This document shows, one piece after another, positions 9,808 through 17,875 of a DNA stretch of 59,942 nucleotides. The stretch is from positions 1 to 59,942 of the forward strand of contig URUL01000002.1 in the NCBI GenBank assembly GCA_900551005.1. The letters are read 5' to 3'. Under the pieces are notes generated by a model. The model worked only from the letters and a program-made list of their open reading frames with translations. It did not search any database and was not told the origin of the DNA. Within the stretch, counting starts at the first letter, position 1. Every line of letters starts with the position of its first letter. Source of the stretch: an uncultured Ruminococcus sp. GTDB taxonomy: Bacteria; Bacillota; Clostridia; Oscillospirales; CAG-272. Position numbers and translations under genes: made by a program.

Positions 9808-9828
9808 TTTATCCTCCTCATGTCTCTA

Positions 9829-10578
9829 TCAAAGGCGATGAATATGAAAACCGCCGTCTATATTGATGACCTCACCTGTGGAATAAGGCAGATATCCCTT
9901 TGCCAGGGCGACGACGCCGCGGGCGATATCCTCCGGATAGCCCCAACGCTTCAGCGGGAGAAGTCCGCCTGCGATGAGATTATCGTATTTTTCGTTTACA
10001 GTCGCGGTCATGTCGGTTTTGATGATGCCCGGACGTATCTCATAAACATTGATGCCGTATTCGGCAAGGCGGTCGGCAAAGAGCGATGTCACCATGGCGA
10101 GTCCTGCCTTCGATATGCAGTATTCTCCGCGGTTGGTGCTCGAAGTATACGCCGACATCGATGTGATATTGATGATGGCTTCGCCGCAACCGAGCTCTAT
10201 CATTTTGTTCGCGCAATACTGCGTTAAAAAGAAGGTCCCTTTCAGATTGATATCGAGAAGCCTGTCCATGCTTTCCCGGCTCATGCTCAGAATGTCGTTG
10301 CGCTCCCTTGGAGCAACGCCGGCATTATTTACGAGTATGTCGATCTTCCCGAAGCGATTTACAGCGGTATCTATGATGAGAGCTTCATCCTCTGCCTTTG
10401 AAATATCGGCACGAACGCATATGGATTCGGGCGAAAGCGCGCGGATATCGTTCATATATTCCTCGTTTTCGCTCTGCTGAACGCAAACGAGCGTAAAGCC
10501 TTCCTTTGCAAGAGCATAGGCGATGGCATTTCCTATACCGCGCGATGCGCCTGTGACGATGGCAATTTTTCTTTCCAT
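9829..10578 (-). CDS. short-chain dehydrogenase/reductase (SDR, FabG-like)
   Basis: Start reset to MERKIAIVTGASRGIGN (ATG 10578), because the longer track ORF overlaps the upstream gene. Motifs TGxxxGIG, NNAG and the YxxxK catalytic motif (YCISK). Confidence 0.9.
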   Translation of the reverse strand: MERKIAIVTGASRGIGNAIAYALAKEGFTLVCVQQSENEEYMNDIRALSPESICVRADISKAEDEALIIDTAVNRFGKIDILVNNAGVAPRERNDILSMSRESMDRLLDINLKGTFFLTQYCANKMIELGCGEAIINITSMSAYTSSTNRGEYCISKAGLAMVTSLFADRLAEYGINVYEIRPGIIKTDMTATVNEKYDNLIAGGLLPLKRWGYPEDIARGVVALAKGYLPYSTGEVINIDGGFHIHRL

Positions 10579-10595
10579 TTGATTAACCCGCTTTC

Positions 10596-11930
10596 TTATT
10601 TTTTCATACATACAGAACGGTAGATTGGCAGATAGATCTCCTGATCGCGGAGAGGACAGCCTGTCGTGCCGCCGGCGCGCATGATCTCCGTGCATTTACT
10701 GCATGCAAGACACGTTTTTTTCGGGTCGATATTTCCGGAGATGAAATCTTTGGCAAAGCCTTCGTATGCAAAAGCCATTCTTCCGAAGCCGATCATGGTG
10801 GAATAGCCGTTTGCAAGAGCGCCTGCCGCCGCATACGGTGCAAACTCGCGCAGATAGCTGTAACCCGTTCCGATGACGGCGACCTCGGGATTTGCCTTCT
10901 GAATGACTTCGGCGCCGTGTATCAGTCGGTCGACGCCTACAAGCGGATGCTCGGGCGGAATTTTCTCTCCCTTGTTGTGCGGGCGGTTGATATAGGCATT
11001 GAAATATGGCGTGCCCATCGTCATATCTATAAGCGAAATGCCGAGAGCAGAGAGCTTGGCTATCAGAGCGTTTGCCTCTGTAAAGTCGGGTGTTACGCCA
11101 TCGTCTGCCATGCCGAAGCCATAGGGCTTGGGGAGCATATCACATATTCCGAGGCGGGATGCGAGAATGACGTTTTTATCTGTATTGTCGGCGATCAGCT
11201 TGACGGTATCGAGCATGAGGCGCGTTCTGTTTTCAAAGCTGCCGCCGTATTTTCCTGCTCTCGTGTATGCCGAGAGCAGCTCACCGAAAAGATACTGATG
11301 GCAAGACTTGATATCGACACCGTCAAAGCCTGCCCATATCAGGAGCTTTGCCGCTGCGAGATATTTTTCCGGCAGGGAATCGAGATATTCGTCGGAAACG
11401 AGAGGCGTGCCCTCGGGAAGAGGACGGGCTTCCTCGATTATTTTATTATGAGTTGCGATGATGGGATATGGCGTTTTGCTGTTTCGAGAGAATCTTCCGG
11501 AATGTGTAAGCTGAGCGATAAGCGGAGCTTTTGTGATCTTTTTCACTTCCGATATCATCGCGCGGAATTTTTCCTTGTTCTCTTCTGTTATCATGAGCTG
11601 TCTGTCAGAAGTACGTCCCTCGGGGCAGACGGCTATCGCCTCCGACCAGATCAGTGCCGCTCCGGAACGGGCAAAGCGCAGATATCTTCTGCTCGTGAGC
11701 TCTGACGGAGCGCCTGTCTCATCGGCATCAAAGCCCTCCATAGGATGGACCGAAAGTGAATTTTCCAGCTGTATGTCTCTCATGCGCGTATGTACGGTCG
11801 GCTTTACTGCCAGCGGAGAAAGATCGCGCGAAAACGGAATATGAAGCCCTTTTTTGCGGGCATCATAATCTATTTCGTCCAGTGTGCGATAATTGAAATT
11901 ATACGGAATATTCATTTCAAAAGCGTGCAT
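10596..11930 (-). CDS. Old-Yellow-Enzyme-like NADH:flavin oxidoreductase with C-terminal Cys cluster
   Basis: 444 aa. OYE/2,4-dienoyl-CoA-reductase-type TIM barrel motifs (LTHSGR, YGGSFENR, GFGRMAF) and C-terminal CLACSKCTEIMRAGGTTGCP resembling the 4Fe-4S motif of that family. Confidence 0.8.
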   Translation of the reverse strand: MHAFEMNIPYNFNYRTLDEIDYDARKKGLHIPFSRDLSPLAVKPTVHTRMRDIQLENSLSVHPMEGFDADETGAPSELTSRRYLRFARSGAALIWSEAIAVCPEGRTSDRQLMITEENKEKFRAMISEVKKITKAPLIAQLTHSGRFSRNSKTPYPIIATHNKIIEEARPLPEGTPLVSDEYLDSLPEKYLAAAKLLIWAGFDGVDIKSCHQYLFGELLSAYTRAGKYGGSFENRTRLMLDTVKLIADNTDKNVILASRLGICDMLPKPYGFGMADDGVTPDFTEANALIAKLSALGISLIDMTMGTPYFNAYINRPHNKGEKIPPEHPLVGVDRLIHGAEVIQKANPEVAVIGTGYSYLREFAPYAAAGALANGYSTMIGFGRMAFAYEGFAKDFISGNIDPKKTCLACSKCTEIMRAGGTTGCPLRDQEIYLPIYRSVCMKK

Positions 11931-11947
11931 TTTTATCCTCCTGTGTT

Positions 11948-12952
11948 TTATGCCATTGTTTCAAGCATTTTTGCGGTTACTTTGTATCTCGTGGGTCTTC
12001 CTTCGGAATAAGCCTTGTATTCTTCAAACATATACTCGGCAAGGCGGTATGTTTCGTTTCCTATGCTTCCCGCTATATGAGGCGTCAGCCTTATATTCGG
12101 CAGACTGTAGAGCTCGCTTCCTTCCGTCGGCGGCTCTTCGGGATCGGTTACATCGAGCAGAGCGAGTCTATCGGGACATTCCTTCATTGCCGCTATCATA
12201 TCTGCCGTATTGACCTGTGCGCCTCTGCCTGTATTTATGAAAACGGCGGCTTTTCCCATAAGGTCAAAGCAGGACCGGTCTATCATGCCTTTCGTCTGTT
12301 CGTTATTTGCCAGATGATTTGAGATGACATTGCAGTCACGAAAGATCTCATGCAGACTTTTCTTTGTGACCCCGAGCTCTGCCGCTCTCTCCTCGGAAAG
12401 AAACGGGTCAAAAACATCGATCTCGATATCATGGCGGTGCAGATGTTTTATGACCAATGAACCTATCATGCCCGCACCGAGTAAGCCTACCCGCGTATGT
12501 AAATTGCCCGGATAAAGCTTTTCGCGGTCATCATTGTGCCAGTCCGCACGGCATTTGACCTCGCGTCGGAAAAAGCCCTTGTTGGCGAGAATAATCTCGG
12601 AGGCGGCAATTTCCGCTACCGGAACGGCGTTTGCCGCCCAAGCGGAAAATACATCTACGCCGCATGCGATAAACGGGCGCGCAAACTGCTGAACCGTTCC
12701 CGCGGCATAGAAAACAGCCTTGAGACGCGGCAGGTAGTGCCGTATCTCATCCTCGTCCAGTGCGGGCATGCCCCATGTCGAGAAAATATATTCGACATTC
12801 TGCAGTTCGCTCTCCAGCGCCGGGAAATCATCTTTTGAGCAGACGTTCGGGAGCATATCAAATTCTTCCTCAAGCTGATGTCTCATCTCTTCGCTGTAGA
12901 CATCGGGGATATTGGACGGTCGTAAAGTCATGATACACGCTTTGCTTTTCAT
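11948..12952 (-). CDS. D-isomer-specific 2-hydroxyacid dehydrogenase family, NAD-binding
   Basis: 334 aa. GLLGAGMIGSLV Rossmann motif, then the RGAQVN...LDV...EP...LTPHIAG catalytic region. RBS AAGGAG. Confidence 0.85.
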   Translation of the reverse strand: MKSKACIMTLRPSNIPDVYSEEMRHQLEEEFDMLPNVCSKDDFPALESELQNVEYIFSTWGMPALDEDEIRHYLPRLKAVFYAAGTVQQFARPFIACGVDVFSAWAANAVPVAEIAASEIILANKGFFRREVKCRADWHNDDREKLYPGNLHTRVGLLGAGMIGSLVIKHLHRHDIEIDVFDPFLSEERAAELGVTKKSLHEIFRDCNVISNHLANNEQTKGMIDRSCFDLMGKAAVFINTGRGAQVNTADMIAAMKECPDRLALLDVTDPEEPPTEGSELYSLPNIRLTPHIAGSIGNETYRLAEYMFEEYKAYSEGRPTRYKVTAKMLETMA

Positions 12953-12985
12953 AATTTTCTCCTTTTCCTCTGTATCTCAGAGACT

Positions 12986-13372
12986 TTATTCAAGCTCCTG
13001 TACTTTCTTTTCAAGTTCACTGATGCGCTCTTCAAGGAGCTCTATGGTTATATACATGTCATATGTGTTCATATAACAACCGTATTTTTCCATTCTCTTT
13101 TTATAGCTTTCGTAGCTGTATGATCTGGGAAGGGCTATTCGCAGTATCAGTCCGAGAATCATAAAGAAAGCGCCGAGCGGAGCGAATACGATACCGACGA
13201 GAAAGCCTTCTTCATCTTGCACATTACAGAAAATGAGAATAAGTCCCATAATGAGAAAGAGGGCACCGATCAGAAGGAAAACCAAAAGCAAGGTTCGCTT
13301 GGCGTAGGCAAGCTGTTTTTCGGACGCCTTTTCAAAAAGCTCCTTTTTCTTTTTTTCATCGAAGTTATCCAT
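12986..13372 (-). CDS. small membrane protein with C-terminal coiled coil (hypothetical)
   Basis: Start reset to MDNFDEKKKKE (ATG 13372, 8-nt overlap with the hslO end). Two predicted TM helices, then ELLEERISELEKKVQELE. No family recognised. Confidence 0.5.
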   Translation of the reverse strand: MDNFDEKKKKELFEKASEKQLAYAKRTLLLVFLLIGALFLIMGLILIFCNVQDEEGFLVGIVFAPLGAFFMILGLILRIALPRSYSYESYKKRMEKYGCYMNTYDMYITIELLEERISELEKKVQELE

Positions 13373-14261
13373 TTTTCTTTTCCTCCCGTATTTTTTTATA
13401 AGCTTCCACTTCATCGCGTGTGAAATAATATTTCTTATCGCAGAAGTGACAGCATACTTCGATTTTTTCAAGGTCGGCAAAGGTTTCATCGAGTTCCTTT
13501 TCCGAGAAGCTGGAGATAGCTCCGAGTATGCGCTCGCGTGAGCATGAGCAGATATATTGCGCCGTGAAATCATCAAAAATATCATATTCTATGCCGGACA
13601 TGGCGCGGTCTATGATGGCTTCATTTGTCATACCCGCGTCAAAGAGAGCAGAGATATTGGAGAGAAGCGGAACGTTTTTCTCTATTTTATCAACGGTTTC
13701 TTCATCGGCAAAGGGAAGCAGCTGTATCAGTATTCCGCCTGCCGCCTTGCAGGTGCGGTCTACATCGACAAGCACGCCGAGAGAGCAAACGGTGGGTATC
13801 TGCTCGCTCTGGGCAAAATAGGCGCATATATCTTCCGCTATTTCGCCGCTTACGATTGCCGTGGAGCCGACATGTGCCTCTCCCGTGCCGTCATCGCGCA
13901 CTACCGAGAGCGTGCCGTGCCCTATTCCGCCTCCGACATCGAGCTTTCCGTTTGTCTTGAGAGGCAGGTCGACTTCGGGATGCATGATATAGCCGCGCAC
14001 ATTGCCCTTGTAGTCGGCAACGGCAACGGCACTGCCGAGAGGTCCGTCGCCCTTGAAACGCAGGGTGAGGCTGTCCTCCTTTTCCTTGAGCATGGTGCCC
14101 ATGAGCGAAGCCGCGGTGAGGATCCTTCCGAGAGCAGCCGTCGCCGTGGGCTCTGTGTGGTGATATTCTATCGATTTATTTACTATATCCTTTGAATTTA
14201 TCACCAATATGCGCGCAGAGCCGTCACGCGTCATTGCGCGCGTAACATTATATTTTTCCAT
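13365..14261 (-). CDS. hslO: redox-regulated chaperone Hsp33
   Basis: 298 aa with the C-terminal zinc centre CSCSRERI ... CCHFCDKKYYF (CxC...CxxC), typical of HslO. Confidence 0.93.
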   Translation of the reverse strand: MEKYNVTRAMTRDGSARILVINSKDIVNKSIEYHHTEPTATAALGRILTAASLMGTMLKEKEDSLTLRFKGDGPLGSAVAVADYKGNVRGYIMHPEVDLPLKTNGKLDVGGGIGHGTLSVVRDDGTGEAHVGSTAIVSGEIAEDICAYFAQSEQIPTVCSLGVLVDVDRTCKAAGGILIQLLPFADEETVDKIEKNVPLLSNISALFDAGMTNEAIIDRAMSGIEYDIFDDFTAQYICSCSRERILGAISSFSEKELDETFADLEKIEVCCHFCDKKYYFTRDEVEAYKKIREEKKNG

Positions 14262-14264
14262 AAA

Positions 14265-15020
14265 TCACACCTTCTTTTTGCAGATGAAAAATTCTCTTTC
14301 GCTCGTCGGGGTGACGGGAGAAAAATCTATATCGGAAACGTTTTCAAGCAGCTCGAAGCCCGCTTTCTTCAGTAGGGAAAGTATGGTCTTTTCGCTGTAT
14401 TTGCGCTGACGCTGATATTCGTCGCTTCTTTCCCAAAGACCGTTTTTGTTTTTGGCAAAGAAGGTCAGATCAAAATCACAGATGCCGCTTTTTTTATTAT
14501 AGAAGCTCTCCCATACGGCAAACAGGTCCTCATACTCATAGACAAAGCTGTTATTTGCGAGGATATTTTCGTATTTATACGCGGTTGATATATCGAAAAC
14601 GAAAAGACCGTTTTCGCGCAGATTTTCATATACCGAACAGAAGCATGAATAGATATCTCCCGTATCGGAAAGATAATTAATCCCGTCGAAACAGCAGAGC
14701 GCGGCGTCCATATGCGCTCCGGTATCGAAGCAGGTCATATTCTGAGAGAGCAGGAGCAGCTTCACCTTTGCCGCCTCCGCTTTTGCATAGGCGAGCGCGA
14801 GCATCTCCTCACTTATATCCAGTCCGATCACGCGGTGACCGCGCTTTGCCAGCTCTATGGATATGCTTCCCGTGCCGCAACCGATGTCGACGATGTCAGA
14901 GGGCTCTTCCAACCCGTATTTACGAAAGCACGCTTCATAAAAATCGCACCATGCTGAATAATCGATATCCTGCATGAGCCTGTCGTAATGAGGGGCAAGA
15001 GCGCTGTATATTTCGCTCAT
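14265..15020 (-). CDS. class I SAM-dependent methyltransferase
   Basis: 251 aa. Motif I VDIGCGTGSISIELA followed by an acidic loop GLDISEEM. Substrate not assignable. Confidence 0.85.
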   Translation of the reverse strand: MSEIYSALAPHYDRLMQDIDYSAWCDFYEACFRKYGLEEPSDIVDIGCGTGSISIELAKRGHRVIGLDISEEMLALAYAKAEAAKVKLLLLSQNMTCFDTGAHMDAALCCFDGINYLSDTGDIYSCFCSVYENLRENGLFVFDISTAYKYENILANNSFVYEYEDLFAVWESFYNKKSGICDFDLTFFAKNKNGLWERSDEYQRQRKYSEKTILSLLKKAGFELLENVSDIDFSPVTPTSEREFFICKKKV

Positions 15021-15322
15021 TTTGCGCCTTCCTCCGTATCCCCGAGTACGCGCGAAAAGACGGTTTTATAGCCTTCGCTTCCGTCGCGGAGAAAACTGTT
15101 TACGCGCGTTATGGTCGCCGTGCTCAGCCCTGTTTCCTCGACGATTTCCGTATATTTCTTTCCCTCGAATATGAGCTTTGCCGCCCATAGGCGCTTTGTC
15201 ATTTCCCGAAGCTCTGTCTTTGTGCAGAGATCGCAGAAGAAATTTTCACATTCCTCCATGGTTTTCAGTGAGAGCACCGCGGAAAAAAGCAGAGTTTTTC
15301 TTTCATCGGGCTTATTTGCCAT
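15017..15322 (-). CDS. YerC/YecD family TrpR-related DNA-binding protein
   Basis: 101 aa. ...CTKTELREMTKRLWAAKLI..GKKYTEIVEETGLSTATITRV... matches the YerC/YecD family. 4-nt overlap with the downstream methyltransferase. Confidence 0.8.
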   Translation of the reverse strand: MANKPDERKTLLFSAVLSLKTMEECENFFCDLCTKTELREMTKRLWAAKLIFEGKKYTEIVEETGLSTATITRVNSFLRDGSEGYKTVFSRVLGDTEEGAK

Positions 15323-15353
15323 TTTTTATTTCCTCCTTGCTCCATTTTTGCGC

Positions 15354-16028
15354 TTATCTGAAATTTGTTTTCTTATCTTCGAGATAAACTGCCGTGCGAC
15401 AGATGCAGGTCTCGGCTTCTTCGGATATACCGTCTGCGGCGCGTGATATGCACTCTATCGGAAAACGTGGATTGACAAACTCATTTTCCGTAGACGAGAG
15501 AAGGAGCCGTAGCTTTATCATGTCACCCTCTGCATGACACTCGAGAAGGTCGCAGAGCGGCGCGATATCGACGGTTTTTATTCCCGATTTGGAATTTTTC
15601 TGTATGATCATGGGTGCGGCAAAGACCGCTTTTATTTTTTCCTCTGTCGCGGGATTTGCGCCGTTTGCTTCTATCTCTATTTCATATTCCGACCATTTTA
15701 TATCGCTGAGGCGCGTCTGCGGCTCATATGCCTCTACAGCGTGAAGTCCTGCAGGGAAGGCAGCGTTGAGCGCACGGCATATCTCTTCTCCCGAAACCTC
15801 CTCGGTTATTTTGAAATCCATGAAGCCGCACATATCGGAGACTCCGACGGAAAGCGGCAGGGAAAATACCGTTTTCGGGTGCGGATTGAAGCCCATAGTA
15901 TACCATATCGGCAATTTCGAGCGGAGAAAAGCCGCTTTCATCGTTCGGTTGAGGTCGAGATGCGAGATAAATTTCAGCGCCCCCGTTTTCGAAAACATGA
16001 CTCTTATTTTTTTGCTTTCGGACACCAT
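15354..16028 (-). CDS. TIGR03936-family (DUF2344) radical-SAM-associated protein
   Basis: 224 aa with N-terminus KIRVMFSKTGALKFISHLDLNRT...GFNPHPK. GGAGG RBS 9 nt before ATG 16028. Always paired with the upstream TIGR03960 gene. Confidence 0.8.
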   Translation of the reverse strand: MVSESKKIRVMFSKTGALKFISHLDLNRTMKAAFLRSKLPIWYTMGFNPHPKTVFSLPLSVGVSDMCGFMDFKITEEVSGEEICRALNAAFPAGLHAVEAYEPQTRLSDIKWSEYEIEIEANGANPATEEKIKAVFAAPMIIQKNSKSGIKTVDIAPLCDLLECHAEGDMIKLRLLLSSTENEFVNPRFPIECISRAADGISEEAETCICRTAVYLEDKKTNFR

Positions 16029-17851
16029 GTAGTTTTACCTCCGAGACTGTTTGCACCGCATGCACTGCATGCATTGCGGCAATTTTCCGTGGTTTTTCCC
16101 TCATATGCGCGATGGCGCTCGCGAAGGAGAAATTCTTTTGTCACGCCGATATCGATGATATCCCACGGGAGAACCTCATCTTCACCGAATTCGCGATTTG
16201 CATAAAATGCCGGGTCTATGCCGACAGCATCAAAGACCTCGAGCCACTTATCGTAGTCGAAATGCTCCTCCCAGCTGTCAAATTTCATGCCGCGTCGGTG
16301 CGCTTCCTCCATGGCGGTGCAGAGCTTTCTGTCTCCGCGGGCAAAAACCGCCTCTATACGGCTGACCTTCGCGTCATGATAATTGTATTTTACCTTTCTG
16401 TCCTTGATCACGCCGTCGAGATAATGCTGTTTTCTCTCAAGCTCCGCCATATCGCATTGCGGCTCCCACTGGAACGGTGTGAACGGCTTCGGTATAAAAC
16501 AGGCGGCGGAAATTGTGACGAGAGGCGCTTTGCGCGGTCTGTCGGGCGTCTGATAATAGGTATCTATCACGCTCTCGGCAACCTCATAGATGCCGTCGAG
16601 ATCGGCATCTGTTTCCGTAGGCAGACCCTGCATAAAATACAGCTTGACCTGGCTTTTTCCGCCGGAGAAAGCGACGCGGCAGGCGCGGAGCAGGTCCTCC
16701 TTTTCGAGATTTTTGTTTATAACATCGCGCAGGCGCTGGGTTCCCGCCTCGGGAGCAAAGGTCAGTCCTCCCGTGCGGACACTGGAAACCTTGTCCATAA
16801 GCTCCTTTGTGAAGCTGTCGGCGCGAAGGGAGGGAAGAGAAAGCGATATTTTGCGCTTATTCGTCCATTCCAGCAGCTTGTCCGTAAGCTCGTCTATATG
16901 CGAATAATCACTGATGCTGAGCGATATCAGGGAGATATCGTCATATCCGGTGCAGTCTGCGAGAAGCTTACCTTGGCTGCATAACGTTTCCACCGATTTT
17001 TCGCGGACGGGGCGGTAGATCATTCCCGCCTGACAGAAGCGGCATCCGCGTATGCATCCGCGGTAAACCTCAAGCATGATACGGTCATGAACGGTATCGA
17101 TGAAAGGCACGACCACCTTTTCGGGGAAGAGCGCCGTGTCCATATCTTTTACGATACGTTTCTTTATCTTCACGGGAATATCATCGTATTTCGGAATGTA
17201 CTTTTTTACCGTGCCGTCATCGTTATACTCCACAGAGAAGAACGACGGAACATAGAAGCCCTCGTGCTTTGCACATTCATGGAGAAACTCTTCCTTTACA
17301 AAGCCCTTTTTCTTATGTTCTGCATAAATGGTCATCAGCTCGTCTATGCTCTCTTCGCCTTCTCCGATGAGGCACACATCTATGAAATCCGCCATGGGCT
17401 CGGCATTGTAGGTGCAGGGCCCGCCGCAGACAACGATGGGCATGCTCGCGTCTCGGTCAGCCGAGCGGATCGGCACGCCGGCAAGTGAAAGCATATTCAG
17501 CATATTGGTATAGCAGAGCTCATACTGCAGCGTGAAGCCGATGAAATCAAAATCGCGGATGGCATCGCCGCTTTCCAGAGCGAAAAGCGGAATATCATAT
17601 TCGCGCATGTATTTTTCCATATCCGTCCACGGGGCGTATACACGCTCACACCACGTGTCATCGCGGGCATTGAGAATATTATAGAGTATGCGGATGCCGA
17701 GATTTGACATACCTATCTCGTATGTGTCGGGAAAGCAGAAGGCAAATCTGTTATCTATTTTGCTTTTGTCCTTTATCGTCTGTTCCCTTTCTCCGCCCGT
17801 GTATCTTGCGGGTTTTTCAACCTTTTTCAGTATTTTTTCCGGTATCGGCAT
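16004..17851 (-). CDS. TIGR03960-family B12-binding-domain radical SAM protein
   Basis: 615 aa. N-terminus VEKPARYTGGE, radical SAM cluster CIRGCRFCQAG, B12-binding-like N-domain. Confidence 0.85.
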   Translation of the reverse strand: MPIPEKILKKVEKPARYTGGEREQTIKDKSKIDNRFAFCFPDTYEIGMSNLGIRILYNILNARDDTWCERVYAPWTDMEKYMREYDIPLFALESGDAIRDFDFIGFTLQYELCYTNMLNMLSLAGVPIRSADRDASMPIVVCGGPCTYNAEPMADFIDVCLIGEGEESIDELMTIYAEHKKKGFVKEEFLHECAKHEGFYVPSFFSVEYNDDGTVKKYIPKYDDIPVKIKKRIVKDMDTALFPEKVVVPFIDTVHDRIMLEVYRGCIRGCRFCQAGMIYRPVREKSVETLCSQGKLLADCTGYDDISLISLSISDYSHIDELTDKLLEWTNKRKISLSLPSLRADSFTKELMDKVSSVRTGGLTFAPEAGTQRLRDVINKNLEKEDLLRACRVAFSGGKSQVKLYFMQGLPTETDADLDGIYEVAESVIDTYYQTPDRPRKAPLVTISAACFIPKPFTPFQWEPQCDMAELERKQHYLDGVIKDRKVKYNYHDAKVSRIEAVFARGDRKLCTAMEEAHRRGMKFDSWEEHFDYDKWLEVFDAVGIDPAFYANREFGEDEVLPWDIIDIGVTKEFLLRERHRAYEGKTTENCRNACSACGANSLGGKTTWCPKAKK

Positions 17852-17875
17852 GTATTTTCTCCTTTTGATTTTTGC

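Noticed and set aside
10596-11930. OYE-like reductase as bilirubin reductase (BilR), or the operon as a bai bile-acid cluster
   Set aside because: The active-site segment reads LTHSGR rather than the HGDR-type motif I recall being reported for BilR. No baiB/baiE/baiF-type CoA ligase, dehydratase or transferase, or bile-acid transporter, accompanies the genes. The idea cannot be supported from sequence alone.
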